50,917 bases of DNA from Candidatus Iainarchaeum sp. (GCA_026397015.1 JAPLVR010000002.1:1-50917), one strand, 5' to 3'. Shown: positions 36,580 to 46,475, numbered from the stretch's first letter. Numbers and translations: made by a program. The notes: a model not told the origin generated them from the sequence alone.

Positions 36580-38433
36580 CTATTTTTGGCCGGGGCTTTC
36601 AAGCGAGACCCTTTTTTGGTTCGAAAACATTTTTCCAATTTCTTTGTCGGTTGTCGCATCCTCCGCCTTTTTGTCCGGCCTAATCGAAATCATTCTTGGA
36701 AATCTTAACGCAAATCCTTTTCCGCCTTTTTTGCAGCAGCTGTGCATCGGGCTCCTTGTTATCTCATCCGCCCTTACTTCGATAACATATTCCGGCTCGA
36801 CCCAGTGATCTGGTTCGATTTCTGAAACAACGCGCGCCGGCTTTTTCTTTGAAGAAATCTTTGAAAGCATTTCTTCAAGCTGTTTCAGCATTTCTTCGCT
36901 CATCCCTGTTCCGATTTTTGCCGCACTTTCAAATAAATCCTTTTCCCGGTTGTACGCTGCAACAAGCAGGGCACCCAAACCGAATTCTGTTCTTTTTCCC
37001 CTTCCGGCATCGTAACCTATTATGGTCAAATCCACGGTGTCTTGAAGAAGCCCTTTGTACGACCTTTTCAATTTTATCCACGCGAATTTTCTCGCGCCCG
37101 CAATGTACGGCGCATTCAGGTCCTTTGCGATTATTCCCTCCAGCCCCTGCGAAATTTTTTCTTCGAAGAAATCCTCGAGATCTTTGGCGTTGCCGACTAT
37201 TTTCATTTCGCTGAGCTTTATCACGTTTCCTTCGCCCAAAATTTTTCCAAGCTCCTCCCTTCTCTTGTGAAACGGTTCGTTCATGAAATTTTTTTCATTA
37301 ACGCACATCACATCGAACAAAAACAAATTCAGCGGATATTCTTTAGCCTTCTTCTCAACTTCATATTTTCTTTTTCTTTGAATCGTTACCTGAAACGGGT
37401 AATATTCCTGCGTTTCTTCGTTGAAAGCCAGTGCTTCTCCTTCAACAAAGCAGCTTTTCGGTTTCAGCTGCTTTCGCACGGCTTCAATTATTTCCGGAAA
37501 CATTTCTGTTATATCCTCGCTCTGTCTTGAAAAAATTTTCACTTCGTTTCCGTCCTTCGAAATCTGAAGGCGAAATCCATCGTATTTGGCTTCTACGGCG
37601 CATTTTCCAAGTTTTTTAATTATTTCTTCGGCGCTTGGCAGCCTTTCCGCAGCCGTCGGCCTTATCGGCGTTCCCGGCCTTATTTTTACTTTTTCAATTC
37701 CTTTAATTCCTTCTTTTTTCAGAATTTCCGCTATCTCGCCCAAATCAGAATAAACATTATACGCTGCTTCTATTTTTTCTCGCAACAAAACTTTTGCTTT
37801 TTGTCTGATTTCTTCTTTTCGTTTTTCTGGATTTTTTTCTTTCAACCTTTTTTCCACTTCCATCACAAATTTTTTTCTTTTCAATTCTTCTTCCGTAAAG
37901 ATTATTGCAAACGCATCCATTATTGTCGGGTCCCCAACTCCAAGTCTTATACTGCCCAGCGGAATCCTTGCAATGTATCTCGCCTCCCTCGGGCTTGACG
38001 AGTTGAACAGTTCTGCGAGCAGTTTTTTCTTAAGCTCCTGGCTTCCCGTTCCTTCCGTTTGCGACATTTTTTTCAGGTTTGAAAAAACTTTTTCAAGTGT
38101 CAAATTCTGTTTGGCGAGCGCGGATTGCTGCCTTTTTTCAACCATTTTTTCCGCGGCCATTCCCATGTCCCCTATTTTGTTGAATAGCGCGTCAACTTCT
38201 TTTCTTGTAAATCCGGTTGCTTTCGCTATTGCTTCCGCAACAAGTTTTTCCCCGAATCCTATTTCCTTTCCCTCAAAGTTGGGCGCGATTTTTCCCTGCA
38301 AAAGGTAAACAATTTTTTTTGCCTCTTCTTTGGGCGTTTTTTTAAGCAGTTCCGCAAGGTAATCCGCCATTACAAGCCTTGATGATGCTCCTTCTATTTT
38401 GTCGAAGCACTCTGCCATTTCCGAGAAAAGCAT
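36580..38433 (-). CDS. lig: ATP-dependent DNA ligase
   Basis: EAKYDGFRLQ, EGEAL, FDVM, EGIIAK, WIKLK, ALRFPR. Confidence 0.96.
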   Translation of the reverse strand: MLFSEMAECFDKIEGASSRLVMADYLAELLKKTPKEEAKKIVYLLQGKIAPNFEGKEIGFGEKLVAEAIAKATGFTRKEVDALFNKIGDMGMAAEKMVEKRQQSALAKQNLTLEKVFSNLKKMSQTEGTGSQELKKKLLAELFNSSSPREARYIARIPLGSIRLGVGDPTIMDAFAIIFTEEELKRKKFVMEVEKRLKEKNPEKRKEEIRQKAKVLLREKIEAAYNVYSDLGEIAEILKKEGIKGIEKVKIRPGTPIRPTAAERLPSAEEIIKKLGKCAVEAKYDGFRLQISKDGNEVKIFSRQSEDITEMFPEIIEAVRKQLKPKSCFVEGEALAFNEETQEYYPFQVTIQRKRKYEVEKKAKEYPLNLFLFDVMCVNEKNFMNEPFHKRREELGKILGEGNVIKLSEMKIVGNAKDLEDFFEEKISQGLEGIIAKDLNAPYIAGARKFAWIKLKRSYKGLLQDTVDLTIIGYDAGRGKRTEFGLGALLVAAYNREKDLFESAAKIGTGMSEEMLKQLEEMLSKISSKKKPARVVSEIEPDHWVEPEYVIEVRADEITRSPMHSCCKKGGKGFALRFPRMISIRPDKKAEDATTDKEIGKMFSNQKRVSLESPGQK

Positions 38434-38521
38434 TTTTATCACTCGCGAAAATTCGCGTTTAAATTGCATTGAATATTGTCCCCAAAAACATTTTTATACT
38501 CCTCCAGCGCTAATCTGTGGC

Positions 38522-38968
38522 ATGGCGGCAGGCTTTGAGTTTCTCGCGGATTTTGACATTTTTTCCGGCGGCCTTGTGAGCGCGGCAATATTTTTCGCGT
38601 ACTTTTGGGCTCTTACCTACATGTATGCAAGGGGAAGGCATGGCAAGGCGGATGAATTTTCGCTCACAATTCTGTTGCCGCCGCTTCTTATCGCTTTTTT
38701 CATGGCGGTTTTGAATTTCAACTCGCTCTTAACAGGAATCGCCGTTCTCATAACTTATTTCCTTTCTTTTAGGCATTACACAAAGGTTGAATATTCGGAT
38801 TGGGCGAAGCATATTCTTGTTGTGCTGATAATTTTTATGGTTCTTGCGGTGTTGGATGACATGTTGCGCGTAATATTGTTCGTCTTTTTGCTCGGCTACA
38901 TTTCTATTTCTGCGGAGCACAGGATGCACGAGAAGCGCAAAAAGGAAAAGAAGGAAGAGAAAGATTAG
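38522..38968 (+). CDS. Membrane protein, unknown function
   Basis: Four to five hydrophobic segments, charged C-terminal tail. Confidence 0.7.
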   Translation: MAAGFEFLADFDIFSGGLVSAAIFFAYFWALTYMYARGRHGKADEFSLTILLPPLLIAFFMAVLNFNSLLTGIAVLITYFLSFRHYTKVEYSDWAKHILVVLIIFMVLAVLDDMLRVILFVFLLGYISISAEHRMHEKRKKEKKEEKD

Positions 38969-39018
38969 TTCTTCCCTGAATTCTTTTTAAAACTATCCAC
39001 TCACAATTTTTCTGAAGG

Positions 39019-39201
39019 TTTTGCGAAGCATGCTCTACCGAGCAAAGCGAGGTAGTGTTTTTTGCCAGCGTTTTTGGAAGGCGTTTGCGAAGCATGATTC
39101 ATCGAGCATCAGCGAAGATGAATCTTTTTGCCACAAAGCAAAAGCATAGCTTTTGCGTGCATGACAAAACTGTTGTTTTGCCATGGCCTTTATAAAAGGC
39201 T
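39019..39201. repeat. Multi-hairpin repeat cluster, copy B: three TTTGCG(AA/T)GCATG-hairpin-TTTTGCCA units
   Basis: Units at about 39019-39067, 39084-39133 and 39151-39183; 39125-39201 aligns with 21485-21569. Confidence 0.8.
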
Positions 39202-39274
39202 GGGGCATTAGTCTAGCCTGGTAGGACCGGTGCTTTGGGAGCATCTAACGTGGGTTCAAATCCTGCATGCCCCA
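39202..39274 (+). tRNA. tRNA-Pro(TGG)
   Basis: GGGGCAT/ATGCCCC acceptor stem; GGTGC-TTTGGGA-GCATC anticodon arm; TTCAAAT T-loop. Confidence 0.92.
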
Positions 39275-39474
39275 TTCTTTTTTTAATTTTTTTATTTTTG
39301 TGAATTTTTTTCATTTGGTTTTCCCCTAACCAAAAACAACTCTTTTTAAAACAAATTTCCCAGCATATTTGCAGTTGTTTTTTGTTTCGGAAAAGCATTT
39401 TGTTTTTTCGGATTGAAGAAAACAATTTATCAAAAAAATAATTGCCAGAAAAAATTTGAAAGGAGGTTAGTTTT

Positions 39475-40290
39475 ATGAGTGAAACAAGAAATTATCTGTT
39501 TGCGGCTGCTCTTGGTGTCGTTGCTGTTCTGCTTGTTGCAGTGGTTTTCAGTATCGCGGTGCCCGAAGAAAAAGGGAATTCTGCCGTTGGAAAAGTCCAG
39601 TTTGCTGCAGCGGATAGCGCGTCATCTTCGGCGGATTGCGAACAGGAACAGAGAACGCTTTCCGTTTCCTCGACAGTTGAGAAAATGGTGAGCCCTGACG
39701 AAGTTGACATTACGCTGAGCGTTGAGACGCTCGCAACTCTCGCTTCAAAGAGCCAGAGCGACAACGCGGCAATTTCAACCAAGGTAAGGGATGCTTTGAA
39801 GGCGCTTGGAATCGCCGACAAAGACATTAAAACAGTTTCATATTCGGTTCGGGACGAATACGAGTGGAACGATATTTCAAAGAAATCCGAATTCAAGGGT
39901 TATAGGACAACGAATTCCATTCAGATAACTTTGAAGGACCTTACAATGGCGGGAAAAGCCATTGATGCGGCTGTTCAAGCCGGTGCCAACAAAGTGAGCC
40001 AGGTCGTTTTCGCGCTTTCAACCGCGAAACAGGCGGAAATAAAGCTCTTGGCTTTGAAGGAAGCGGCTGCAGAGGCGAAACTCAAAGCAGTCACAATGGC
40101 TGAAGGGCTTGGAGTTAGCGTTGGGCAGCTGATGTCCGCAAACGAGAATACGTATTATTACACACCTAATTACAGTAATGTAATGTACAATGCCAAGGTT
40201 GCAGGCGACAGCGCGATGGCTGAAACTCCGATAAGCGCGGGCGACGTGAGCGTAACAGCTTCCGTTTCGGCGGTTTTCGAGATTCAGTAA
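39475..40290 (+). CDS. SIMPL (DUF541) domain protein
   Basis: N-terminal TM, VSPDEVDITLSVET, GYRTTNSI, IDAAVQAGAN, VTASVSAVF. Confidence 0.9.
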   Translation: MSETRNYLFAAALGVVAVLLVAVVFSIAVPEEKGNSAVGKVQFAAADSASSSADCEQEQRTLSVSSTVEKMVSPDEVDITLSVETLATLASKSQSDNAAISTKVRDALKALGIADKDIKTVSYSVRDEYEWNDISKKSEFKGYRTTNSIQITLKDLTMAGKAIDAAVQAGANKVSQVVFALSTAKQAEIKLLALKEAAAEAKLKAVTMAEGLGVSVGQLMSANENTYYYTPNYSNVMYNAKVAGDSAMAETPISAGDVSVTASVSAVFEIQ

Positions 40291-40377
40291 ATAAGAGATT
40301 TTTTTTGAGGGGAGGGGAATTTTTCCCCTCACCCTTCTTTTTAAAAACAAAATCTTGCTTATTTAATTCGGTTTTTG

Positions 40378-41130
40378 ATGAATCCGAAAAAATACAATTT
40401 GATCGTGGTAAAGGTCGGCACCAATACTTTGATGGGCGGCTCCGGCTTGAAAAAAGAATTTTTCACCGAACTCGTTTCGGAAGCGGCGGAGCTGGCCAAT
40501 GCCGGAAAGAAAATTGTGATAGTTTCGAGCGGCGCAATCGGTCTTGGAAAGAGAAAACTGAAAATTGCGCCGAAAAATATTGCGGAACAGCAGGGCCTTG
40601 CCGCAATCGGACAGGTTGAATTGATGAATGAATATGTTAAGCGTTTTGAAACGGTTGGAATTGAGGCGGCGCAAATTCTGGTTTCACAGCACGACCTTCT
40701 CAATGAAACCTGCCTCAGTAATTTGAAAAATACGTTGGACTTTTTGTTTAAGCACAAAGTTGTTCCTGTTGTGAATGAGAATGATGTTGTTGCAATTGAA
40801 GAGCTTAGAAACGATGGAATGTTCAGCGACAATGATGCGCTTGCAGCCCTTCTTGCAAAGCAAATCGGCGCGGACCTGCTGGTGATCCTGACTTCGAAGA
40901 GCGGTTTGGTCGGAAGGGACGGAAAAATAATGCCTGAATTAAAAAATTTTGAGTCGGTTTGTGATATTGGCAAAAGCTCGATGGACGGCCGCGGAGGGAT
41001 AAATTCAAAGCTTTCCGCCATCAGAACGGCCGTTTCTTCCGGATGCGATGTTTTCGTTTCCGGTCCAGATTCTTTCAATGGTTTTTCTTCTGGAAAGGCG
41101 AAGGGAACTTTTGTTTCCGCCGAAAGTTAA
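40378..41130 (+). CDS. proB: Glutamate 5-kinase (no PUA domain)
   Basis: VVKVGT, VSSGAI, AAIGQ, PVVNEND, FSDNDALAA, GRGGINSKL. Confidence 0.92.
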   Translation: MNPKKYNLIVVKVGTNTLMGGSGLKKEFFTELVSEAAELANAGKKIVIVSSGAIGLGKRKLKIAPKNIAEQQGLAAIGQVELMNEYVKRFETVGIEAAQILVSQHDLLNETCLSNLKNTLDFLFKHKVVPVVNENDVVAIEELRNDGMFSDNDALAALLAKQIGADLLVILTSKSGLVGRDGKIMPELKNFESVCDIGKSSMDGRGGINSKLSAIRTAVSSGCDVFVSGPDSFNGFSSGKAKGTFVSAES

Positions 41131-41141
41131 AAGCCTTTGCT

Positions 41142-41155
41142 GAAACCTTTAAATA
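41142..41155 (+). promoter_or_regulatory. Putative archaeal BRE-TATA promoter for proS
   Basis: GAAACC followed by TTTAAATA, about 50 nt before the ATG. Confidence 0.5.
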
Positions 41156-41205
41156 AACTTTAACTCTCATATTTGCACCGTATTTGATTCTATATTGGTG
41201 GCCCG

Positions 41206-42651
41206 ATGGAACAGCAAAAGTTTGACAAGGAAAAGGATTCGAGCGAGTGGTTCACTTGGATAATTCAGGAAGCCAAGCTTGCGGACATCCGCTACGGCGT
41301 GAAAGGGTTCCTTGTTTTCCAGCCGTGGTCGGTTGAACCAATGGAATTAATGTATAAATATTTGGAAGCAGATCTGGAAAGGCGCGGGCACAAGAAATAT
41401 TGGTATCCGACGCTTATTCCTGAAAAAAATTTTTATTTGGAGAAGGAGCATGTGGAAGGCTTCTCCCCTGAAGTTTTTTGGGTTGAAAAGGGCGGTGAAA
41501 CAAAGCTTGAAGAGCGCCTCGCGCTCAGGCCGACTTCCGAAACAGCCTTCTATTCAATGTTTTCTTTGTGGCTCCGCTCTTACAAGGACCTTCCGTTTAA
41601 AACCTATCAGCGCGCAAACGTTTTTAGGTATGAAACAAAATCAACGCGCCCTTTCCTGAGAAGCAGGGAATTTTATTGGATTGAAACGCACAACGCTTTT
41701 GCAACCGAAGAAGAGGCTTTCAAAAATGTTCTTGAAGATATGGAAACAACGAAGCGCGTCGTTTTCGGCGTTTTCGGAATTCCAACAATTGTTTTCAAGC
41801 GGCCGGACTGGGATAAATTTGCAGGCGCGGTCAACACTTTCGGCGCCGACGCAATCACCCCCGACGGAAAGGTTGTTCAGCAGCCGAGCACGCACATGTT
41901 GGGGCAAAATTTTTCAAAGCCTTTTAATGTGAAATTCGTTGACAGGGATGAGAAAGAGAAATATTGTTATCTCACATGTTACGGCCCGTGCATTTCAAGA
42001 ATTTTCGCTTCGGTTGTGCTGACTCACGGAGACAATAAGGGTTTGCGTTTTCCGTTTGAAATCGCGCCGAAACAAATTGTAATTATTCCCATAATGGCTG
42101 AAAAAGAGCCGAAGGTTTTGAAGAAAGCGCAGGAATTAAAGGAAAAAATTGAAGAGGCCGGATTTAGAGTTGAATTGGACGCGGGCGACAACAAGCGCCC
42201 CGGAGAAAAATTTTATTTTTGGGAAATGAAGGGCGTTCCGTTGAGAATTGAAGTCGGCCCGCGAGATTTGAAAGAAAAAAAAGTAATGATTTACAGGCGC
42301 GACACCGGCGAAAAGAAAGCGGTTGCGGAGAAACAGCTGCTGAAAGAGATTGCAAATGAGGGAAGGTTCCTAAGCGAGAATTTAAAAAAGATTGCGAAGG
42401 CGCAGCTTGACAAATCAATCGTTGATGCGAAAAATATTGAAGATGTAAAGAAAATTGTTGGCAGAGGAATTGCAAGATGCGGTTTTTGCTCGGTTGAAAG
42501 CGGGGGCGCAAAATGCGCGGAAATTGTGGAGAAAGAAACAGGCGGCAGGATAAGGGGAACACGCATTGACGTTAAGGAAAAAGCAAACGGCAAATGTGTC
42601 ATTTGCGGAAAGCCCGCGCAGGAAGTTGTTTACATAGCGAAGGAATATTAA
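41206..42651 (+). CDS. proS: Proline--tRNA ligase (archaeal/eukaryotic type)
   Basis: LRPTSET, RPFLRSREF, THMLGQNFS, WEMKGVPLRIEVGPRD, C-terminal zinc site. Confidence 0.96.
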   Translation: MEQQKFDKEKDSSEWFTWIIQEAKLADIRYGVKGFLVFQPWSVEPMELMYKYLEADLERRGHKKYWYPTLIPEKNFYLEKEHVEGFSPEVFWVEKGGETKLEERLALRPTSETAFYSMFSLWLRSYKDLPFKTYQRANVFRYETKSTRPFLRSREFYWIETHNAFATEEEAFKNVLEDMETTKRVVFGVFGIPTIVFKRPDWDKFAGAVNTFGADAITPDGKVVQQPSTHMLGQNFSKPFNVKFVDRDEKEKYCYLTCYGPCISRIFASVVLTHGDNKGLRFPFEIAPKQIVIIPIMAEKEPKVLKKAQELKEKIEEAGFRVELDAGDNKRPGEKFYFWEMKGVPLRIEVGPRDLKEKKVMIYRRDTGEKKAVAEKQLLKEIANEGRFLSENLKKIAKAQLDKSIVDAKNIEDVKKIVGRGIARCGFCSVESGGAKCAEIVEKETGGRIRGTRIDVKEKANGKCVICGKPAQEVVYIAKEY

Positions 42652-42727
42652 TTTCTGATTCTAGCAGAAAAATCTTGACAATTTCGCCGGCGAAACAAAT
42701 AAATACTTGGCAAAAGAAGGAGTTGTT

Positions 42728-43903
42728 ATGCCAAGACCAAATTTAAAACGAAGGCTCAGCCTTGCCCGACTAAGGGGTTCAAAGGGGCTTGGGCAGATTT
42801 TTACGCCGACAAGACAGGCGGCAAAGATGACACTTGTCAAAGGGCTTGCGTTGAAGCCAAAATCCAGATTGACTATAATTATGGGTGACAGAAATAAAAA
42901 ATTCGGGGTTGAACTGAAAAAGGAAGCCACAAGAATGGGGGCAAGTGTAGACCTCATCATTGCAGAAAATGGCGGAAAAAATTGGGCGCAAGTAAAATCT
43001 TTTTTAACAGATTCCATTCGAAAAACGGACGCACTAATTTATGGGCTTGATTCAGGGTTTATTGTGAATGATAGGCTAGGGATTGATTTGCGCAGTGCCG
43101 GTGAGGCGCCAATGAAGGAAGCGAGGGAAGCGTATAAGCGAAGAAAGGATGACGTCGCTGTTCTGACAATAGGCGGGATAGGCAGCAAGTTTGTTCGCAG
43201 GCTTGCGAGGCATGATTTTGCAAAGGCGCGCAGATTGATATCTAAAATATATTCCAAAGTTAACGGGGCAAAAAAAATCACAATAACTTCCCCAAGCGGG
43301 ACAAATTTGGTTGTTGAAATGGGAAATCACAAATGGATTAAGGGGGATGGAATAATAAGAAAAAAAAGCGCGAGCAGAAACATTCCTTTTGGCGAGGTTT
43401 TTGCGACGCCCGCAAGTGTGAATGGAAAACTTGTGATTGATATCAGTATGAACCCCGACTACTTTCCGGAACAGGCAAAGAGAAAAATTTTCGGGATAAA
43501 AATAAACTCAATCAATCCCGTGTTTCTCAAAAAGACTCCCGTCTCGGTTGAGATACGAGAAGGAAAGGTTGTGCCAGGGAGTATTGAATGCAAAAATCCT
43601 GAAATTAAAAAGGAACTTGAAAAGCACTTATTTTCTGAATCCAAATCTCCAAACGTGAACAATCTGGTTGGGGAAATTGGGATAGGTGCAAACCCGGACA
43701 TACGCGCCCCTGTCGGCGAGTTCATTTTTGACGAAAAAATAATAGGAACGATTCACGTTGCATTCGGGCAAGGCTTTTCTGCAAGCGGAGGAAACTGGCA
43801 GAGCAGCGTTCACATTGATTCCCTTGTCAGCAAGCCAACCATTCATGTTGACGGAAAAATGATAATGGGCAATGGAAAGTTCGCGCGAGGCATAATATCC
43901 TAA
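42728..43903 (+). CDS. M29-like aminopeptidase with basic N-terminal leader
   Basis: GTNL, NIPFGEVFATP, GEIGIGANP, DEKIIGTIHVAFG, SSVHID. Confidence 0.85.
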   Translation: MPRPNLKRRLSLARLRGSKGLGQIFTPTRQAAKMTLVKGLALKPKSRLTIIMGDRNKKFGVELKKEATRMGASVDLIIAENGGKNWAQVKSFLTDSIRKTDALIYGLDSGFIVNDRLGIDLRSAGEAPMKEAREAYKRRKDDVAVLTIGGIGSKFVRRLARHDFAKARRLISKIYSKVNGAKKITITSPSGTNLVVEMGNHKWIKGDGIIRKKSASRNIPFGEVFATPASVNGKLVIDISMNPDYFPEQAKRKIFGIKINSINPVFLKKTPVSVEIREGKVVPGSIECKNPEIKKELEKHLFSESKSPNVNNLVGEIGIGANPDIRAPVGEFIFDEKIIGTIHVAFGQGFSASGGNWQSSVHIDSLVSKPTIHVDGKMIMGNGKFARGIIS

Positions 43904-43909
43904 TTTGTT

Positions 43910-44341
43910 TTATATTTTAACCGACCAGACCTCAACTTTGCTTCCGTCGATTTCCCTGTCGTGCATTTTTTCGAATGTGAAACCTGTTTTTTGGTAAAGT
44001 TTTTTCGCGCCTTCGTTCGTTTTCTTCACAAGCAGGAAAACTTTGCGGAAGTGTTTTTTGTTGCATTCATGCAGCGCCCTTTTCACAAGTTTTGTCGCAA
44101 CTTTTTGCCCGCGCCACGCATCTTCAACATAAATTCCGTTAAGCCTCGCCTCTTCGCCCAGCAGTTCAAACTCTGCGAATCCCATGAATATGTTTTCCTG
44201 GTATGCGGCGAAAATAAGAAAATTTTTGTCTTTTATTTTTTCAGAAATTCTTTCCTGCGGAATTTTTGTGTAAGGGAATTGCCGCCTTATTATGTCGTCG
44301 ATTATTGCGACGTCCTCATCGGCCGCATTTTTTATTTCCAA
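43910..44341 (-). CDS. GNAT family N-acetyltransferase
   Basis: IYVEDAWRGQKVATKL; NEGAKKLYQKTGF. Confidence 0.9.
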   Translation of the reverse strand: MEIKNAADEDVAIIDDIIRRQFPYTKIPQERISEKIKDKNFLIFAAYQENIFMGFAEFELLGEEARLNGIYVEDAWRGQKVATKLVKRALHECNKKHFRKVFLLVKKTNEGAKKLYQKTGFTFEKMHDREIDGSKVEVWSVKI

Positions 44342-44427
44342 AGGTCATCACTATCTGCCGTTTTCTGATTTTTTATTTTTTTAAATTTGTTTTTTATTTG
44401 TTTTTTATTCGTTTCAATTTTGTTTTT

Positions 44428-45096
44428 TTATTTTTTGATGTACTCAATTATTTCCCTTTCGCTTACGGCACATCCCGCGTATTTTGTGGCGTAGAGAGCC
44501 GCCTCAAGTTCCAATTTTCCGTGTTCGAGTTCCCCGTCAAATAATCCCTGCTCATATGCCAATGCGATTATATCCACGCTTCTGAACATTTTTATTCCGT
44601 CAAACATTTTTCTGAACGCCTCAAGGTTGCTGTAATTAACGCTTATTTTCCTGTTCTGCCTTCTCTCAAGCACCTGTTTCAGCCTTGAAGGGTTTTCTAT
44701 GAGCGACCTTGTTGTTCTTTCATCAACGAATACGGCTTTTGCTCCGTGCAGCCTCGCTATTGCGAGCGCTTCCGATTCCCCGTATTGCAGTATTGTTATG
44801 GATTCGCTTTTGCTGTTGAAAATATTATTTGCGAGTTTTATTATTTTGTTGGTTTCATTTTCAAGTTCGGCCGTCATCGGCATTACTTTTATTATTCCCT
44901 CGTTCATGGTTTTTTTTATTCTCGCCGCGTTCAGTTCGAAGCGCCTGTTTTCAAGCGGTTTCCACACACTTTCGTCCGCAACCTTTTTTGAAATCAGCAA
45001 TTCTATTTTGTTTGCCTTGATGAATTCCCTGAAAACATTCATGAGGCAGGTGCTTGAAAGGGTTATCATCGTTCCTGTATCTATCACCGCTTTCAT
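44428..45096 (-). CDS. PIN-domain protein
   Basis: AVIDTG, ADES, LQYGESEALAIA, FVDERTTR acidic PIN motifs. Confidence 0.8.
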   Translation of the reverse strand: MKAVIDTGTMITLSSTCLMNVFREFIKANKIELLISKKVADESVWKPLENRRFELNAARIKKTMNEGIIKVMPMTAELENETNKIIKLANNIFNSKSESITILQYGESEALAIARLHGAKAVFVDERTTRSLIENPSRLKQVLERRQNRKISVNYSNLEAFRKMFDGIKMFRSVDIIALAYEQGLFDGELEHGKLELEAALYATKYAGCAVSEREIIEYIKK

Positions 45097-45656
45097 TTCA
45101 ATCCGCCCTCCGTCATTTCCCGCAATTCTTTTACCCTTTCCTCAATTGTTTTCACTTCCGATTCCTCGTCATGCATCGTCGTGAATCCTATGTAACTTTG
45201 AAGCTCTTTTTTGTTCGCGCCCGTAAGTTCCGCCGCCTGTGAAATGCTTAAACCGTAGCTGTATGCAAGTGACGCCTGCTTGACTTTTGCTTTTTCGTAA
45301 ATTCCCTGCACGAAACGCCCCATCTCCATGTCGACTTCTTCTATGTGCTGTATTGTTTCTTTGAGGCGTTGCATGAATGCATTGTCATCGCCGCTTTCAA
45401 TGGCTTCCATCGCCTCCGAGAGGTGCTGGACTATTTCGTTTTTTATTCTCGGCCAATTTTGGTGGTTTATTATGTGGTCCTTTGTTTCTATTTTGTGGAG
45501 CGCGTAGGATATTACGCCCAATTCGGCTTTTCCCAAGTTGTTTTCTATCGACGCTTCTTTTATGAGCCTGTTGCTAAGCCCCCTCATTTCCTGCGTGTTC
45601 CTTTCCTTGAATAGGCGCAGCGTTTCGCCCAAATCGTACGAAAGACTTTTTATCAT
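45093..45656 (-). CDS. Conserved archaeal protein with C-terminal HTH, coupled to the PIN gene
   Basis: GLSISQAAELTG HTH; ATGA overlap with the PIN gene. Confidence 0.7.
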   Translation of the reverse strand: MIKSLSYDLGETLRLFKERNTQEMRGLSNRLIKEASIENNLGKAELGVISYALHKIETKDHIINHQNWPRIKNEIVQHLSEAMEAIESGDDNAFMQRLKETIQHIEEVDMEMGRFVQGIYEKAKVKQASLAYSYGLSISQAAELTGANKKELQSYIGFTTMHDEESEVKTIEERVKELREMTEGGLK

Positions 45657-45735
45657 GCAAGAAGTAATGCTTTATTTGTATTTAATTCTTCGCCTGCTTT
45701 TCCGAAAGGGCACGATGTGCTAAAAAAATGCGTTC

Positions 45736-46380
45736 TTAAATGAGCGAAACTATTACGACGGCGAGTTCGGAAATTCCATTCGAAATGAGCTGTATTGCGA
45801 GCGCTGAAATGAGCAGCCCCATTATTCTGGTGATTACTTTTACGCCTGTAACCCCGAGGCGCTTGTATACGCGTTGCGACTCAACGAGGACAAGATAGCT
45901 TATGGCGAATACTGCGAGTATTCCGAGCACAAATGCGGCAACGCCCACAATCGATTCCGCGCCGTTAAAGAGTATTATTCCCGCTGTTATTGATCCCGGG
46001 CCCGTAAGAAAGGGTATTGCCAAAGGCGTTATCGCTATTTCTTTTGCCTGCATCGCGCTCAAGTGTTCGTGCCTGCTGTGTTTGGTTCTGCTGTCGAAGC
46101 CGAGAAGCATTTCCATCGCGATTATGAAAAGCAGTATTCCGCCCGCTATTTTGAGCGAATAAATTTTTATTCCAAGGTAGTTCAAAATGTGCAGCCCGAT
46201 AAAGCTCATTACGAACAGGGTTCCGGCCGCGACTATTATGCTCATGAATATTATGTTTTTTTTCTGCTTTTCGCTGAATTTTGAAATGAGCGGCAGGTAC
46301 AGCACGGTCGCGCCCACACAATCAACTATCACAAAAATCGAAACGAATGTCTGTACGAAGTATTCAAGGAATTCCACCAT
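45736..46380 (-). CDS. marC: MarC family membrane protein
   Basis: LKIAGGILLF, AITPLAIPFLTGPGSI, TRIMGL. Confidence 0.92.
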   Translation of the reverse strand: MVEFLEYFVQTFVSIFVIVDCVGATVLYLPLISKFSEKQKKNIIFMSIIVAAGTLFVMSFIGLHILNYLGIKIYSLKIAGGILLFIIAMEMLLGFDSRTKHSRHEHLSAMQAKEIAITPLAIPFLTGPGSITAGIILFNGAESIVGVAAFVLGILAVFAISYLVLVESQRVYKRLGVTGVKVITRIMGLLISALAIQLISNGISELAVVIVSLI

Positions 46381-46475
46381 TCAGCTCATCCAACCAATAA
46401 CCGATTTCAAGTATTTAATACTTAGGGTTTTTAAATCATTTAAAGCAATATCTATTCAGTTGGTGTGTGATTGCC

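Noticed and set aside
39019-39201. Possible CRISPR array
   Set aside because: Repeats are short and degenerate, the inserts are self-complementary and uneven in length, and no cas genes are present.
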